A stretch of 34,811 nt of DNA. Origin: Candidatus Gastranaerophilales bacterium. Its GTDB lineage: Bacteria > Cyanobacteriota > Vampirovibrionia > Gastranaerophilales > Gastranaerophilaceae. The notes under the pieces are model-generated. The model was not told where the DNA came from, did not search any database, and was given only the letters and a program-made list of their open reading frames with translations. The stretch covers positions 1 through 34,811 of the forward strand of contig CALVAU010000049.1 in assembly GCA_944325615.1 (NCBI GenBank), given 5' to 3'. Numbering within the stretch: position 1 is the first letter of the stretch; every line of letters begins with the position of its first letter. The position numbers were made by a program, and so were the translations under genes. Shown here piece after piece: positions 7,657 through 16,895 of this stretch.

Positions 7657-9384
7657 ATGAAAAAGTTGGAATATAAGAAGAGTCAAAAAGGCAACGATGG
7701 TTTAAGTTTAATAAAAAATGCAATATCAGCTTTGCATAAGGAAAATCCTGCTCAGGCAAAAAAGGATTTTACTGATGCTTTGAACTTTTTTAAAGTTAAA
7801 AACTCTATTCCTTATATGTCAGTTTGTCTTAGTTTTTTAGGGCTTACCGATTACATAATTGACAGAAAAAATTACAGTAATTCTCTTGCTTTGATGCATG
7901 ATGGGGCTTATATGGCAGATTACTCGAATTCCACCACCGCAAAATTGGTGAATGAATTTGTATCAGGTAGTATTTGTTTTGCGGAAAAAAATGATAAAGT
8001 CGCACTTTTGCATTACCAAAACGCTAAAAACTATGCTTTAGAAGATGATGAGTTTGATTTGATGAATTATATCGATTTGCAGCTGAATAAAATTAAGCAA
8101 ATTGATACTGCTGTTCCGACTCAAAATGATCCGTTGGTATCGCTTGTTAAAATTGGGCGTTCTATTAATGCGCTTACGGATATAAATGTTTTGCTTAAAG
8201 TTATCGCAGAAGAAACAAAAAATGCAATGCAAGCTGATAGATGTACAGTTTTTATTTATGACAAAGAGAAAAATGAACTTTGGTCAAAAGTTGCATTAGG
8301 AATGGACAGTCAAGAAATTCGTTTTCCTGCTGATAAAGGACTTGCCGGTTACGTTGTTAAAACCGGTGAATCTTTGAATATTGAAGATGCTTATAACGAT
8401 AAAAGATTTAATAAAGATGTTGATTCCAAAACCGGATATCGTACAAAAACAATTCTTTGTATGCCTATAAAAAACAACAATCAAGAAATAATAGGTGCTT
8501 TCCAGGTTTTGAATAAAGTTGATGGAACTTTTACAAAAAATGATGAAGATTTGCTTGTTGCAATTGGCGGAAGTGCAAGTATTGCTTTAGAAAATGCTCA
8601 GCTTTTTGAACAGCAAAAACAATTGTACAAAGAGCAAAAAGAGTTGTTTGAAAGTTTTATAAATACTCTTGCATCTTCAATAGATGCTCGAGATAAGATT
8701 ACAGCAGGTCATTCTAGCAGGGTTAAATTATATTCAATGCTTCTTGCGGATCAGTTGGATCTCAATGAAAAGATGAAAGAATTGATTGAAAAAGCTGCAA
8801 TTTTGCATGATATAGGTAAAATCGGTATCAGAGACAGTGTGCTTCAAAAAGAAGGCAAACTCACGCCTGAAGAATATAGCCATATTCAAGAGCATGTAAA
8901 AATTACGCATAATATTCTTGATAATATTAGTATGTCCAGTGATTTTAGAATAATAACGGAAATTGCCTGCTCTCATCACGAAAAATATGACGGCACTGGC
9001 TATTACAGACATTTGAAAGGCGAAAAAATTCCTTTCGGCGGAAGAATTTTGGCTGTGGCGGATGTGTTTGATGCTATTACATCCCGTCGTCATTATCGTG
9101 ATAAAATGCCGATTAAAAATGTAATTGATATTTTGATAAAAGATTCAGGTACTCATTTTGATAAAGATCTTGTAGATGAGTTTTTAAAAATTTCTGTTGA
9201 TAAAATAATAAAAGTTTTCTTAACAGAAAATCATAACAGTTTTAAAGTCGAAGATCGTAAAACCTTAAGTAAATACAATCTTTTGGATATTTATAATTTT
9301 ATCGTTAACGAAAATGTAAATTCTGAGCAGAAATCTATTGTAGATTTGTTCAATTACTATTATTCTGGTAATATACAGGAGTAG
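7657..9384 (+). CDS. GAF domain / HD-GYP domain protein (putative c-di-GMP phosphodiesterase) with a helical N-terminal region
   Basis: HD-GYP signature HSSRV...LHDIGKIGI...HHEKYDGTGYY...DVFDAITSRRHY, with a central GAF-like segment (DRCTVFIYD...LCMPI). I prefer the ATG at 7657 over the track's GTG at 7651. Confidence 0.85.
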   Translation: MKKLEYKKSQKGNDGLSLIKNAISALHKENPAQAKKDFTDALNFFKVKNSIPYMSVCLSFLGLTDYIIDRKNYSNSLALMHDGAYMADYSNSTTAKLVNEFVSGSICFAEKNDKVALLHYQNAKNYALEDDEFDLMNYIDLQLNKIKQIDTAVPTQNDPLVSLVKIGRSINALTDINVLLKVIAEETKNAMQADRCTVFIYDKEKNELWSKVALGMDSQEIRFPADKGLAGYVVKTGESLNIEDAYNDKRFNKDVDSKTGYRTKTILCMPIKNNNQEIIGAFQVLNKVDGTFTKNDEDLLVAIGGSASIALENAQLFEQQKQLYKEQKELFESFINTLASSIDARDKITAGHSSRVKLYSMLLADQLDLNEKMKELIEKAAILHDIGKIGIRDSVLQKEGKLTPEEYSHIQEHVKITHNILDNISMSSDFRIITEIACSHHEKYDGTGYYRHLKGEKIPFGGRILAVADVFDAITSRRHYRDKMPIKNVIDILIKDSGTHFDKDLVDEFLKISVDKIIKVFLTENHNSFKVEDRKTLSKYNLLDIYNFIVNENVNSEQKSIVDLFNYYYSGNIQE

Positions 9385-9397
9385 AGGTATAAAAAAT

Positions 9398-10939
9398 TTG
9401 AAAAAAAATAAATTCAAATTATTATTGTTGATAGTGTGTATGTGTAGTTGCGGTAGTGCTTGGGCTCAAAATCCTTATGCACGTATTCAGCCTGCAAACC
9501 CTCTATCAGGTTCTCCTTCTGTAGAATTTAATTTTTTTGAGCCTAAACGTGCGACGTTAACTAAAAATGATGTTTACAACCAATACGCAATAGGCTTAAA
9601 TCGTTTTATGCAAAGCAATGTAAGATCTGCGTATGCTGATTTTACAGTATTAATAGAAAGTATTCAGCCAAATGATTATGCTTATCTTCAATTTGCTACC
9701 AAAATGGCAGATATAGGCTTTTTTAACCTTGCAGAAATCTCTTTGAATAAAGTAAAAGATAAAGATATTGCCATTTTGTTAAACGATGAAATTAAACGTT
9801 TTTATTTCCCTTCAGCAAAATTATCTCGTAACGATGAAGTTTATTTAGGGGAAATATTTTCAAATATAATATACAATGATCAAAGTAGAGAAGCGACATC
9901 AGAACTGATTAAAAATACTATGTTAATGGCGGCATCAGATTATGCAAATTATCTTGCAGCTCTTGGCTCTTTTAAATCAGGCAATCAAGAGTTAGCTCTT
10001 AAATATATAGATGATGCAATAGCTAAAAATCCGCAAAATATTAATTACAGCAAATTAAAAGCTGAAATCCTTTCTCAAAGCAAAAAGCCTCAAAATGCTT
10101 TAAAAATTGTTAAAACAATTAAAGAACAGCCTTTAATAACAGATGAATATACAAATAAGATAAATTCTCTTGAGCAATATATTTTATATAAAACTCAAAA
10201 AACTGAAGCAAAGAAAAATTATCATCTCGGATATTATTACTATTACGAAAAAGAATTGAATAAAGCTTTAAAAACTCTTCAAGGAGCTGTTACGACAAAG
10301 AAAAAAGATAACAGAGAAGTATATGCTCTTTTATCAAGGGTTTATTTTGATATGAAAGAGTTTGAAAAAGCCGAAGATATTGCTCTAAAAGCATACAAGC
10401 TTGATAAAAATAATGTAAATGCACTTTTGGTATTAGGTGATGTTGCTTATAGAAAAAAAGATTTTAAAACGGCATTGAAATATTATGAAGATGCTCAAAA
10501 TCATGAAAAAGTATCTCAACTGCCTTCTGTAAAAGTTGCACAAACTTGTTTGATGCATAAAAAAAAAAAAAGAGCTAAGGATATAATTTCAAAAATTTTG
10601 AAAAACCATTCTGATTGTGCTGAGGCATATTATTACATGGCACTTTTTGAAAAAGATAGAGAAATACCTTATTTGAAAAAATCAATTTCAATAAATTTAA
10701 ACTATAAAGATGCTTGGATTGATATGGCAAGAGTTGAAATTGAAAAGAAAAATTTATCTCAGGCAAAAGTTTATTTAGCAATTGCGGGCTCTATTGACGA
10801 AAATGATTTTAGATATTATTATTATCAAGGATTGATTGCAAAAGCACAAGGGTTGGAGAAGGATGCTAATGCAAATTTTCAAAAAAGTCTAAAACTAAAC
10901 CCTGATTACAGCCCTGCAAAAGAGGAATTAAATATATGA
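9398..10939 (+). CDS. exported TPR-repeat protein
   Basis: TTG start. Signal peptide MKKNKFKLLLLIVCMCSCGSAWA-Q. Multiple TPR-like A/Y/L patterns are present (YYYYEKELNKALKTL, ALLVLGDVAYRKKDFKTALKYYEDA, and others). Confidence 0.8.
   Translation: MKKNKFKLLLLIVCMCSCGSAWAQNPYARIQPANPLSGSPSVEFNFFEPKRATLTKNDVYNQYAIGLNRFMQSNVRSAYADFTVLIESIQPNDYAYLQFATKMADIGFFNLAEISLNKVKDKDIAILLNDEIKRFYFPSAKLSRNDEVYLGEIFSNIIYNDQSREATSELIKNTMLMAASDYANYLAALGSFKSGNQELALKYIDDAIAKNPQNINYSKLKAEILSQSKKPQNALKIVKTIKEQPLITDEYTNKINSLEQYILYKTQKTEAKKNYHLGYYYYYEKELNKALKTLQGAVTTKKKDNREVYALLSRVYFDMKEFEKAEDIALKAYKLDKNNVNALLVLGDVAYRKKDFKTALKYYEDAQNHEKVSQLPSVKVAQTCLMHKKKKRAKDIISKILKNHSDCAEAYYYMALFEKDREIPYLKKSISINLNYKDAWIDMARVEIEKKNLSQAKVYLAIAGSIDENDFRYYYYQGLIAKAQGLEKDANANFQKSLKLNPDYSPAKEELNI
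10559..10571 (+). repeat. A13 homopolymer inside the TPR gene
   Basis: I counted 13 consecutive A residues, encoding HKKKKR. Confidence 0.95.
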
Positions 10940-11583
10940 AAATAAATATTCTTATAGTTGAAGACCATGAATTAACTCGTTTCGGATTAAAAACGACTTT
11001 TGAAGGCGTTGATTATGTAGAAAATATTTACGAGGCAGAATCAGCGGAGAAAGCTATTGAGGTATTTCAAGCAAATCCTATTGATGTTGTAATTATGGAT
11101 TTGGGGCTTCCAAATATGAACGGTATCGAAGCTACAAAACAAATTCGTTCTTTCAATAAAGATGTAAAAATAATTATTTTAACTTCTCATAACGATGAAA
11201 AAGAAGTGATGAACAGCTTAAAAGCCGGAGCTAATGCTTATTGCTCAAAAGAAATTAATCCGCAAAGACTTGTTGCAGTTGTGCAGTCAGTAGCTGATGG
11301 TGCTGCTTGGTTTGACCCTAGTATTGCGCATATTGTGCTGAAAGCAACAACAACATCAAGCAAATTTGATTCAGATTCAAATTGTAAAGATTATGAATTG
11401 ACTTCAAGAGAAAAACAAATATTGAAGCTTATGACAGAAGGGTATTCAAATATGGAAATAGCACAGCTTTTAGTCATAAGTATAAATACAACAAAAGCGC
11501 ATGTCGCAAGTATTTTGCAGAAATTAGAAGTTGACGACAGGCTTCAAGCTGCATTAAAAGCCCTAAAAAATAATATCGTGTAA
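10936..11583 (+). CDS. response regulator, NarL/FixJ type (REC + LuxR HTH)
   Basis: REC residues are intact (VEDHE, VIMDLGLP, ILTSH, CSKE). C-terminal LTSREKQILKLMTEGYSNMEIAQLLVISINTTKAHV. An ATGA overlap joins it to the TPR gene stop. Confidence 0.9.
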   Translation: MKINILIVEDHELTRFGLKTTFEGVDYVENIYEAESAEKAIEVFQANPIDVVIMDLGLPNMNGIEATKQIRSFNKDVKIIILTSHNDEKEVMNSLKAGANAYCSKEINPQRLVAVVQSVADGAAWFDPSIAHIVLKATTTSSKFDSDSNCKDYELTSREKQILKLMTEGYSNMEIAQLLVISINTTKAHVASILQKLEVDDRLQAALKALKNNIV

Positions 11584-11593
11584 AGGAATTAAG

Positions 11594-12226
11594 ATGTCTG
11601 CATTGGCAAATGTATTGTTAGTCGATGACAATCCTAAATATCTGAAAGATGCCCTGCCATATTATGGGTATAATGTTCGTGTTGCAATAGACGGGATTCA
11701 GGCACTTGAGATTCTTACGACCGAAAAAAGTAAATTTGATATTATTCTTTTAGATGTAATGATGCCAAACCTTGACGGGTGGGAAACGTTAAAGGCTATA
11801 AGAAAATTAGATAAAACAAAATATATTCCGATAATTATGATAACAGCTCTTTCTGAGGAGCAAAAAGTTGTAGCAGGCCTAAAAAACGGTGCTGATGATT
11901 ATATTACAAAGCCGTTTGTCTTACCAAATCTTTTAGCACGTATGGAAGCAGTATTAAGAAGAACGGAATGGGCAGAGCAGGCAAAAAGTTCAATATCAGA
12001 ATTACCGTTTAAGTCAAAAGCTCCGCTTAAAACTCTTACGAATAGAGAATTAGAGGTCTTGACATTGGCTGCGAAAGGTGCAAATAATAAAGATATTGCC
12101 GAAAAATTAGTTTTAAGAGAGGTTACAGTCAAGAGTCACCTTAATAGTATCTTTAAGAAACTGAACGTAACTAGTCGTACACAGGCAGTATTACTGGCGA
12201 TGCAGATGGATTTGATAAAAAATTAA
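11594..12226 (+). CDS. response regulator (REC + LuxR-type HTH)
   Basis: LLVDDN, ILLDVMMP, MITAL and DYITKPF, followed by LTNRELEVLTLAAKGANNKDIAEKLVLREVTVKSHL. AAGGA SD after a 10-nt gap. Confidence 0.9.
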   Translation: MSALANVLLVDDNPKYLKDALPYYGYNVRVAIDGIQALEILTTEKSKFDIILLDVMMPNLDGWETLKAIRKLDKTKYIPIIMITALSEEQKVVAGLKNGADDYITKPFVLPNLLARMEAVLRRTEWAEQAKSSISELPFKSKAPLKTLTNRELEVLTLAAKGANNKDIAEKLVLREVTVKSHLNSIFKKLNVTSRTQAVLLAMQMDLIKN

Positions 12227-12255
12227 CATTTAAAATATACATAAAGGAGAATAAA

Positions 12256-12786
12256 ATGATTGATTATACCAAGGAAGAATTAGTCGAATTATTACAAAAA
12301 TATCCCGAAAAATTCAATGAATGGAAACACGAACAAGAAGAGGTTGACCTTAGTGAGGTGGACTTTTCAGGCATAAATCTTGCGGAAATAGATTTCAGTG
12401 ATGTTGATCTAAATTCAAGTTCATTTGCAGATTGTGCATTATCTTTCGTAAAGTTTAATAATGCAGATTTAACATCAGTAGATTTTACAAGAGCAAGAGT
12501 TTTGGAATGTGATTTTACAGATGCACTTTTGAACGGTGCGGATTGCAGTTATGCAGAAATGACTTACTGTAATTTCACTGATGCAGATATGGCGGGATGT
12601 ATTTTCTCAGAAAGCGATTTGAGTAATTCTGATTTGTCAGCTTCTGTAAATCTTCATGCTTGTCGTTTTGATGAAGATACTATTTGGCCTGATAATGAAT
12701 TGATGCCTGAAGATTTTGATGCAAAATACAGTGATGATTTATCATCTTTAAAAGATGATGAAGATTCAGCGATAAGTGATTACTAA
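12256..12786 (+). CDS. pentapeptide-repeat protein with an acidic C-terminal tail
   Basis: Runs of A(D/N)LxX-type pentapeptides (VDFSGINLAEIDFSDVDLNSSSFADCALSFVKFNNADLTSVDF...). AAGGAG SD. Confidence 0.85.
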   Translation: MIDYTKEELVELLQKYPEKFNEWKHEQEEVDLSEVDFSGINLAEIDFSDVDLNSSSFADCALSFVKFNNADLTSVDFTRARVLECDFTDALLNGADCSYAEMTYCNFTDADMAGCIFSESDLSNSDLSASVNLHACRFDEDTIWPDNELMPEDFDAKYSDDLSSLKDDEDSAISDY

Positions 12787-12802
12787 TCATTAAAATACAA
12801 CT

Positions 12803-12838
12803 AAAAAACGCCTTGTAGATTTTACAAGGCGTTTTTTT
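12803..12838. terminator. bidirectional intrinsic terminator
   Basis: A6, stem CGCCTTGTA (12809-12817), stem TACAAGGCG (12823-12831), T7. It lies between convergent genes. Confidence 0.85.
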
Positions 12839-12848
12839 ATTCTATTTA

Positions 12849-13898
12849 TTATTCTACATTAGCGCTTAAGCATTTTTTTTCATAATGCAGTCTGTCATTA
12901 AACTGATTAAGTCTTTTCATTACATCCTTAAACATTGGAATAGGAAGACTTTGTTTACCGTCAGAAAGCGCATTTTCAGGGTCGTGGTGTACTTCAATCA
13001 TAATTCCGTCCGCTCCGACAACCAATCCAGCTTTTGCAAGCGGTTCAATCAAATATCTTTGACCGGTACCATGGCTAGGATCAACTATTATCGGAAGGTG
13101 TGAATACTTTTTGATGACAGGAATTGATGCAATGTCCATAACATTTCTTGTAAATGCACTGTCAAAGCTTCTTATACCTCTTTCGCATAAAATTACATTA
13201 TGATTTCCTTGATACATAATATGTTCTGCTGCTAATAAAAATTCTCTTATTGTGCTTGCAAGTCCTCGTTTTAGGATTACTGGTTTATTGCATTTGCCGA
13301 CAGCTTGAAGTAATTTGAAATTTTGGACGTTTCTTGCGCCGATTTGCAATACATCAATGTATTCGCACATCATATCCAAATCAGATGCGTCCATAATTTC
13401 AGAAACAGTTAAAAGTCCTGTCGCTTCACTTGCTTGTTTTAAAAATTTAAGAGCCTTTTCTCCGTGTCCTTGAAAATCATAAGGAGAAGTTCTCGGCTTA
13501 AATGCTCCGCCTCGTAAGAATTGGCAACCCATTTCTTTTGCTGCCATAGCAACCTGTAAAAGCCCGTCATAATCATCTTCTACAGAACAAGGTCCTACCA
13601 TTGCAACAGGTTTGTTATTACCGCCTATTTTTACTCCGTTTGAAAATTCAATTACGGTATCTTCTTCATGACTATCACGAGAAGCTAATCTGAAGGGTTC
13701 TCTTATTACTTTAACTTCTTTAACTCCCTCATAAGCAGCAATTCTGCCCGGTGTAATTGTTGTTTTATCACCTAAGGCATCAATTACAGTATGCACTTCA
13801 CCTTGGTTGCATCTTACTTGGAAACCGTTTTCTTTCAGTAGTTCAATAATTTTATCTACATTAGCTTGAGTCGCATTGCGCTCCATAATGATAATCAT
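12849..13898 (-). CDS. aroF: 3-deoxy-7-phosphoheptulonate (DAHP) synthase, type I-beta, with an N-terminal regulatory domain
   Basis: GAFKPRTSPYDFQG, LQIGARN, ILKRG, ERGIRSF and DPSHGTG. About 70 extra N-terminal residues form a ferredoxin-like domain. GAGGAG SD. Confidence 0.9.
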   Translation of the reverse strand: MIIIMERNATQANVDKIIELLKENGFQVRCNQGEVHTVIDALGDKTTITPGRIAAYEGVKEVKVIREPFRLASRDSHEEDTVIEFSNGVKIGGNNKPVAMVGPCSVEDDYDGLLQVAMAAKEMGCQFLRGGAFKPRTSPYDFQGHGEKALKFLKQASEATGLLTVSEIMDASDLDMMCEYIDVLQIGARNVQNFKLLQAVGKCNKPVILKRGLASTIREFLLAAEHIMYQGNHNVILCERGIRSFDSAFTRNVMDIASIPVIKKYSHLPIIVDPSHGTGQRYLIEPLAKAGLVVGADGIMIEVHHDPENALSDGKQSLPIPMFKDVMKRLNQFNDRLHYEKKCLSANVE

Positions 13899-13962
13899 AA
13901 ATTTTTCTCCTCGGGGTTCGTAAAATCCAGCGTTACCAGTGTAGCATAAAGTTTTTTTCTAA

Positions 13963-14562
13963 TCAATTTTTCATTAATTTTCTTTTCAAATCTTTTGCAG
14001 GAAAATACTCCGGCAAAATTCTAAGACAGGTATCAACTGAGTTAATTGCTTTCCATTTTTTGCCTTCTGCCAGATAAGCATTTGCTAACAGAACATGAAG
14101 TTCAGGGTCTTGCCACAAGTAGTTTTTAGCTTGTTCTAAGAAAAATTTACCGTAAGAATACAACTCATTATTCCAGAAAACGCGACCTAAATATTTATAA
14201 GTTTCGGTATTTACTGAGGAGAATATATCAGCATAGCTGATTAATTCTTCAACAAATTCACCTTTTTGGTAGTTTATTAGTAAATTCAAATCAATTTCAA
14301 GAAAATTTCTAATTTCAAAATATGTCGGATAAGGGGTTAGTTTTTTTTGTAAAATTCCGCATAGAATTTTTCCCCAACGAGCTCTTGGATCAAGACTAAT
14401 TATTTTATTAAATAAATCTTCGGCTTTTTGTAAATCGCCAATTAGAACTTTGCAATAGGCAAGTTCTAAAATGTAATTATTCTTTTCAAAAAAACTTTGA
14501 CATTCGTCATCAAGGGCGAATGTCAAAAGTTTATTTATAGCTGTGTTGTAATTATATGACAT
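13963..14562 (-). CDS. TPR-like helical repeat protein
   Basis: The ATG at 14562 (MSYNYN...) lies 1 nt after the upstream stop. I prefer it to the track's longer start at 14592. TPR-like segments include AYCKVLIGDLQKAEDLFNKIISLDP and LLANAYLAEGKKWKAINS. Confidence 0.6.
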   Translation of the reverse strand: MSYNYNTAINKLLTFALDDECQSFFEKNNYILELAYCKVLIGDLQKAEDLFNKIISLDPRARWGKILCGILQKKLTPYPTYFEIRNFLEIDLNLLINYQKGEFVEELISYADIFSSVNTETYKYLGRVFWNNELYSYGKFFLEQAKNYLWQDPELHVLLANAYLAEGKKWKAINSVDTCLRILPEYFPAKDLKRKLMKN

Positions 14563-14563
14563 A

Positions 14564-15547
14564 TTAATTATTATCTGATGTATTAAAATCAAAATTACTC
14601 ATCATAGAATTCATCATCATAGCTTGAATAACTTGCGGATTCAAGTTTTGAGCACCTTCTTTAGTACCTGCTTGCATCATATAAGGAAGCATTTGTGCCA
14701 TTGGGTCATTATTTTGATTTCTGTTATTTCCTAGCATCATACTCATTTCTGCCATTTGAGGATTTTGATAAGCTGTACTTGCTGTTGGTTGGATTGAAAC
14801 TGTCATACCGGCTTTTCTTAAGGTATTGATTGCAGATACAATGTCCTCATTTGATACTTCGCCGTCAGCCATTGCAATTTTGTTATCAGTAAGAATTTCA
14901 CCGGAGTGCTGTTGGTCAAAATCTTTGATTTCTTGAACATCTTCTTTATCTAATTCAGGTTTTCTGTTGATATTTTCTTGTATATTTTCAAGTTTTTTAA
15001 GCTTCATTTGATCTTTTAACTCAGGAGAAAATCCGTCATCGTAAGGAGCATTAATGAATTCATCTAACGGATCCGGTTCTTCGCTCTGCATTAGAGCTGA
15101 ATCAACACATAACGGTCCACCTGTAAGGCAATCTCTGCCTTTAGCTGCAGATGTTACGAAGGCTTCATTTGTGTTCATTGCAATAACTTTTTCGTAAAGT
15201 GCTATTGCTGCATCAGAATCCCCTAGATTTGCAAGAGTCATTGCAAGATAGTATGTTGCTTTAGGATCATCTGGTGATTTTTTCAAATATGAAAAAATCT
15301 CTTGCGCAGCACCTGTATAATTACCTTTTTTATAGTTGCTTACTGCATGATTTAAATTCGGATTTGGATACAACTCAGGGTGGTATTCTATTACACTTGT
15401 TGGTACCGGGGGTTCTTCTGTTACTGTTTTTGGTATTGTAGATTCGTTAATTACAGCATAAGGTTTTTGTTTTGCTGCAGCAAAAGATGGAGCTGCTGCA
15501 CCTAAAACCATTATGGCTGATAAAAATAAAGCTAATTTCTTATTCAT
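14564..15547 (-). CDS. exported protein: N-terminal TPR region plus a Met/Gln/Asn-rich C-terminus
   Basis: The start at MNKK (15547) has AGGA 8 nt upstream. Signal peptide MNKKLALFLSAIMVLGAAAPSFAAA. The C-terminus reads PQMAEMSMMLGN...MAQMLPYMMQAG...IQAMMMNSMMSNF. Confidence 0.7.
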   Translation of the reverse strand: MNKKLALFLSAIMVLGAAAPSFAAAKQKPYAVINESTIPKTVTEEPPVPTSVIEYHPELYPNPNLNHAVSNYKKGNYTGAAQEIFSYLKKSPDDPKATYYLAMTLANLGDSDAAIALYEKVIAMNTNEAFVTSAAKGRDCLTGGPLCVDSALMQSEEPDPLDEFINAPYDDGFSPELKDQMKLKKLENIQENINRKPELDKEDVQEIKDFDQQHSGEILTDNKIAMADGEVSNEDIVSAINTLRKAGMTVSIQPTASTAYQNPQMAEMSMMLGNNRNQNNDPMAQMLPYMMQAGTKEGAQNLNPQVIQAMMMNSMMSNFDFNTSDNN

Positions 15548-15657
15548 CTTAATCATCCTTTTTCTTAATTTTAATGATTTTATATATAAAATCAAATATT
15601 GATTTATTTTATTATATATCTTTTTCCCAAAATATACACTAATATAAATATATGAAA

Positions 15658-16239
15658 TTAATTGTTATCTTTTTTAAACATATGGCGTTTTTTGTAAAGT
15701 ACAACAAAGAAAAGAATAATCAGAACTGTTACACCAAGTATTACCCATTCAATGTAGTGTTTAATGGTTTCACCAAATAGCATTAAGACCAGACTGACTA
15801 AGAAAAATCTTAACCCCCTGCCAAGAAAACTTGCAAGCATGAACTTCCAAAAGTTCATACTTAAAATACCGCTTGCAATTGTAAAAATTTTATATGGGAT
15901 TGGGGTGAAAGCTGAGAAAAATACAGCAAAAGATCCGTATTGACCATATAGTTTTTCGACTTGTTCGAATTGTTCATGTTTGTTTCTAAATAAAAAATTG
16001 AATACCGGTCTGCCGCCCAAAAATCCTATTAGATAACCAACCGCACCACCGAGAGCTGATGCTATTGTACAAATTGTTGCATAATACATGGATTTTTCAG
16101 GTTTTGCAAGATCCATTGAAATCAGAAGAATATCTGGAGGAGGTACTAGGAAAAAGCTTTCAATAAAAGAGTTTAAAGCAAGCCCTTGTACCCCCAAACT
16201 TTGAAAAATATCATTAATTTTTACAAGAATTTCATGCAC
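15658..16239 (-). CDS. DedA/VTT-family (YqaA-like) membrane protein
   Basis: FLVPPPDILLISM plus several TM helices. I prefer the GTG at 16239, preceded by GGGAGAGA, over the track's TTG at 16269. Confidence 0.7.
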   Translation of the reverse strand: MHEILVKINDIFQSLGVQGLALNSFIESFFLVPPPDILLISMDLAKPEKSMYYATICTIASALGGAVGYLIGFLGGRPVFNFLFRNKHEQFEQVEKLYGQYGSFAVFFSAFTPIPYKIFTIASGILSMNFWKFMLASFLGRGLRFFLVSLVLMLFGETIKHYIEWVILGVTVLIILFFVVLYKKRHMFKKDNN

Positions 16240-16313
16240 GTTATTTTCTCTCCCTAATCTTTTCGGCAAAAATATTATAGCATGAATATTTCTAAATAAA
16301 TTTTATTTATAAG

Positions 16314-16895
16314 TTACCTAAGGCTGAATTTACATCCGCAGTAATTTTGTCTGTATAAATAGAGTGAGTTTGCTATTTTATTTGTTTTTAAAAATCCGTC
16401 TTTCTTTTTAAAATCAATTGCTAAAAAGTTTAAATTTTCTTTATTGGCAATTTCTTGTCCGATTGCAGAAAGTTTTTGGAAATTTTTATGCGGGCTTATA
16501 ACTATTGATGTTGTGAAATTTTCAATACCTAATTCCTTTGCTTTTTCTGCTGTTTTTTGAAGTCGCAGCGCAAAGCATTTATCACACCTCAATCCTTTTT
16601 CAGGCTCATTTTCAAATCCTTTTACGTATTCAAAAAATTCATCCTGACGATATTCTTCTTCAATTAATTCAACTTCAAAATGCTTGCATAAAGTTTTTTG
16701 CGCATCCAATCGTTTTTGATATTCAGAATCAGGGTAAATATTTGGGTTGTAAAAATATACTATAACCTCATATCCCGCATCTTTTAGGTAAGATACGGGA
16801 TATGAAGAACATATTGCACAGCAGGCATGAAGAAGTATTTTTTCTTTATTTTTCTTTTGCTCCTGCTTCAATAAGAATTTTTTTGAATTCTTCAT
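16314..16895 (-). CDS. queH: epoxyqueuosine reductase QueH (DUF208 family)
   Basis: LLHACCAICSSYP, YFYNPNIYP, RCDKCFALRL and NYCGC. It overlaps the upstream gene by 50 nt. Confidence 0.8.
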   Translation of the reverse strand: MKNSKKFLLKQEQKKNKEKILLHACCAICSSYPVSYLKDAGYEVIVYFYNPNIYPDSEYQKRLDAQKTLCKHFEVELIEEEYRQDEFFEYVKGFENEPEKGLRCDKCFALRLQKTAEKAKELGIENFTTSIVISPHKNFQKLSAIGQEIANKENLNFLAIDFKKKDGFLKTNKIANSLYLYRQNYCGCKFSLR

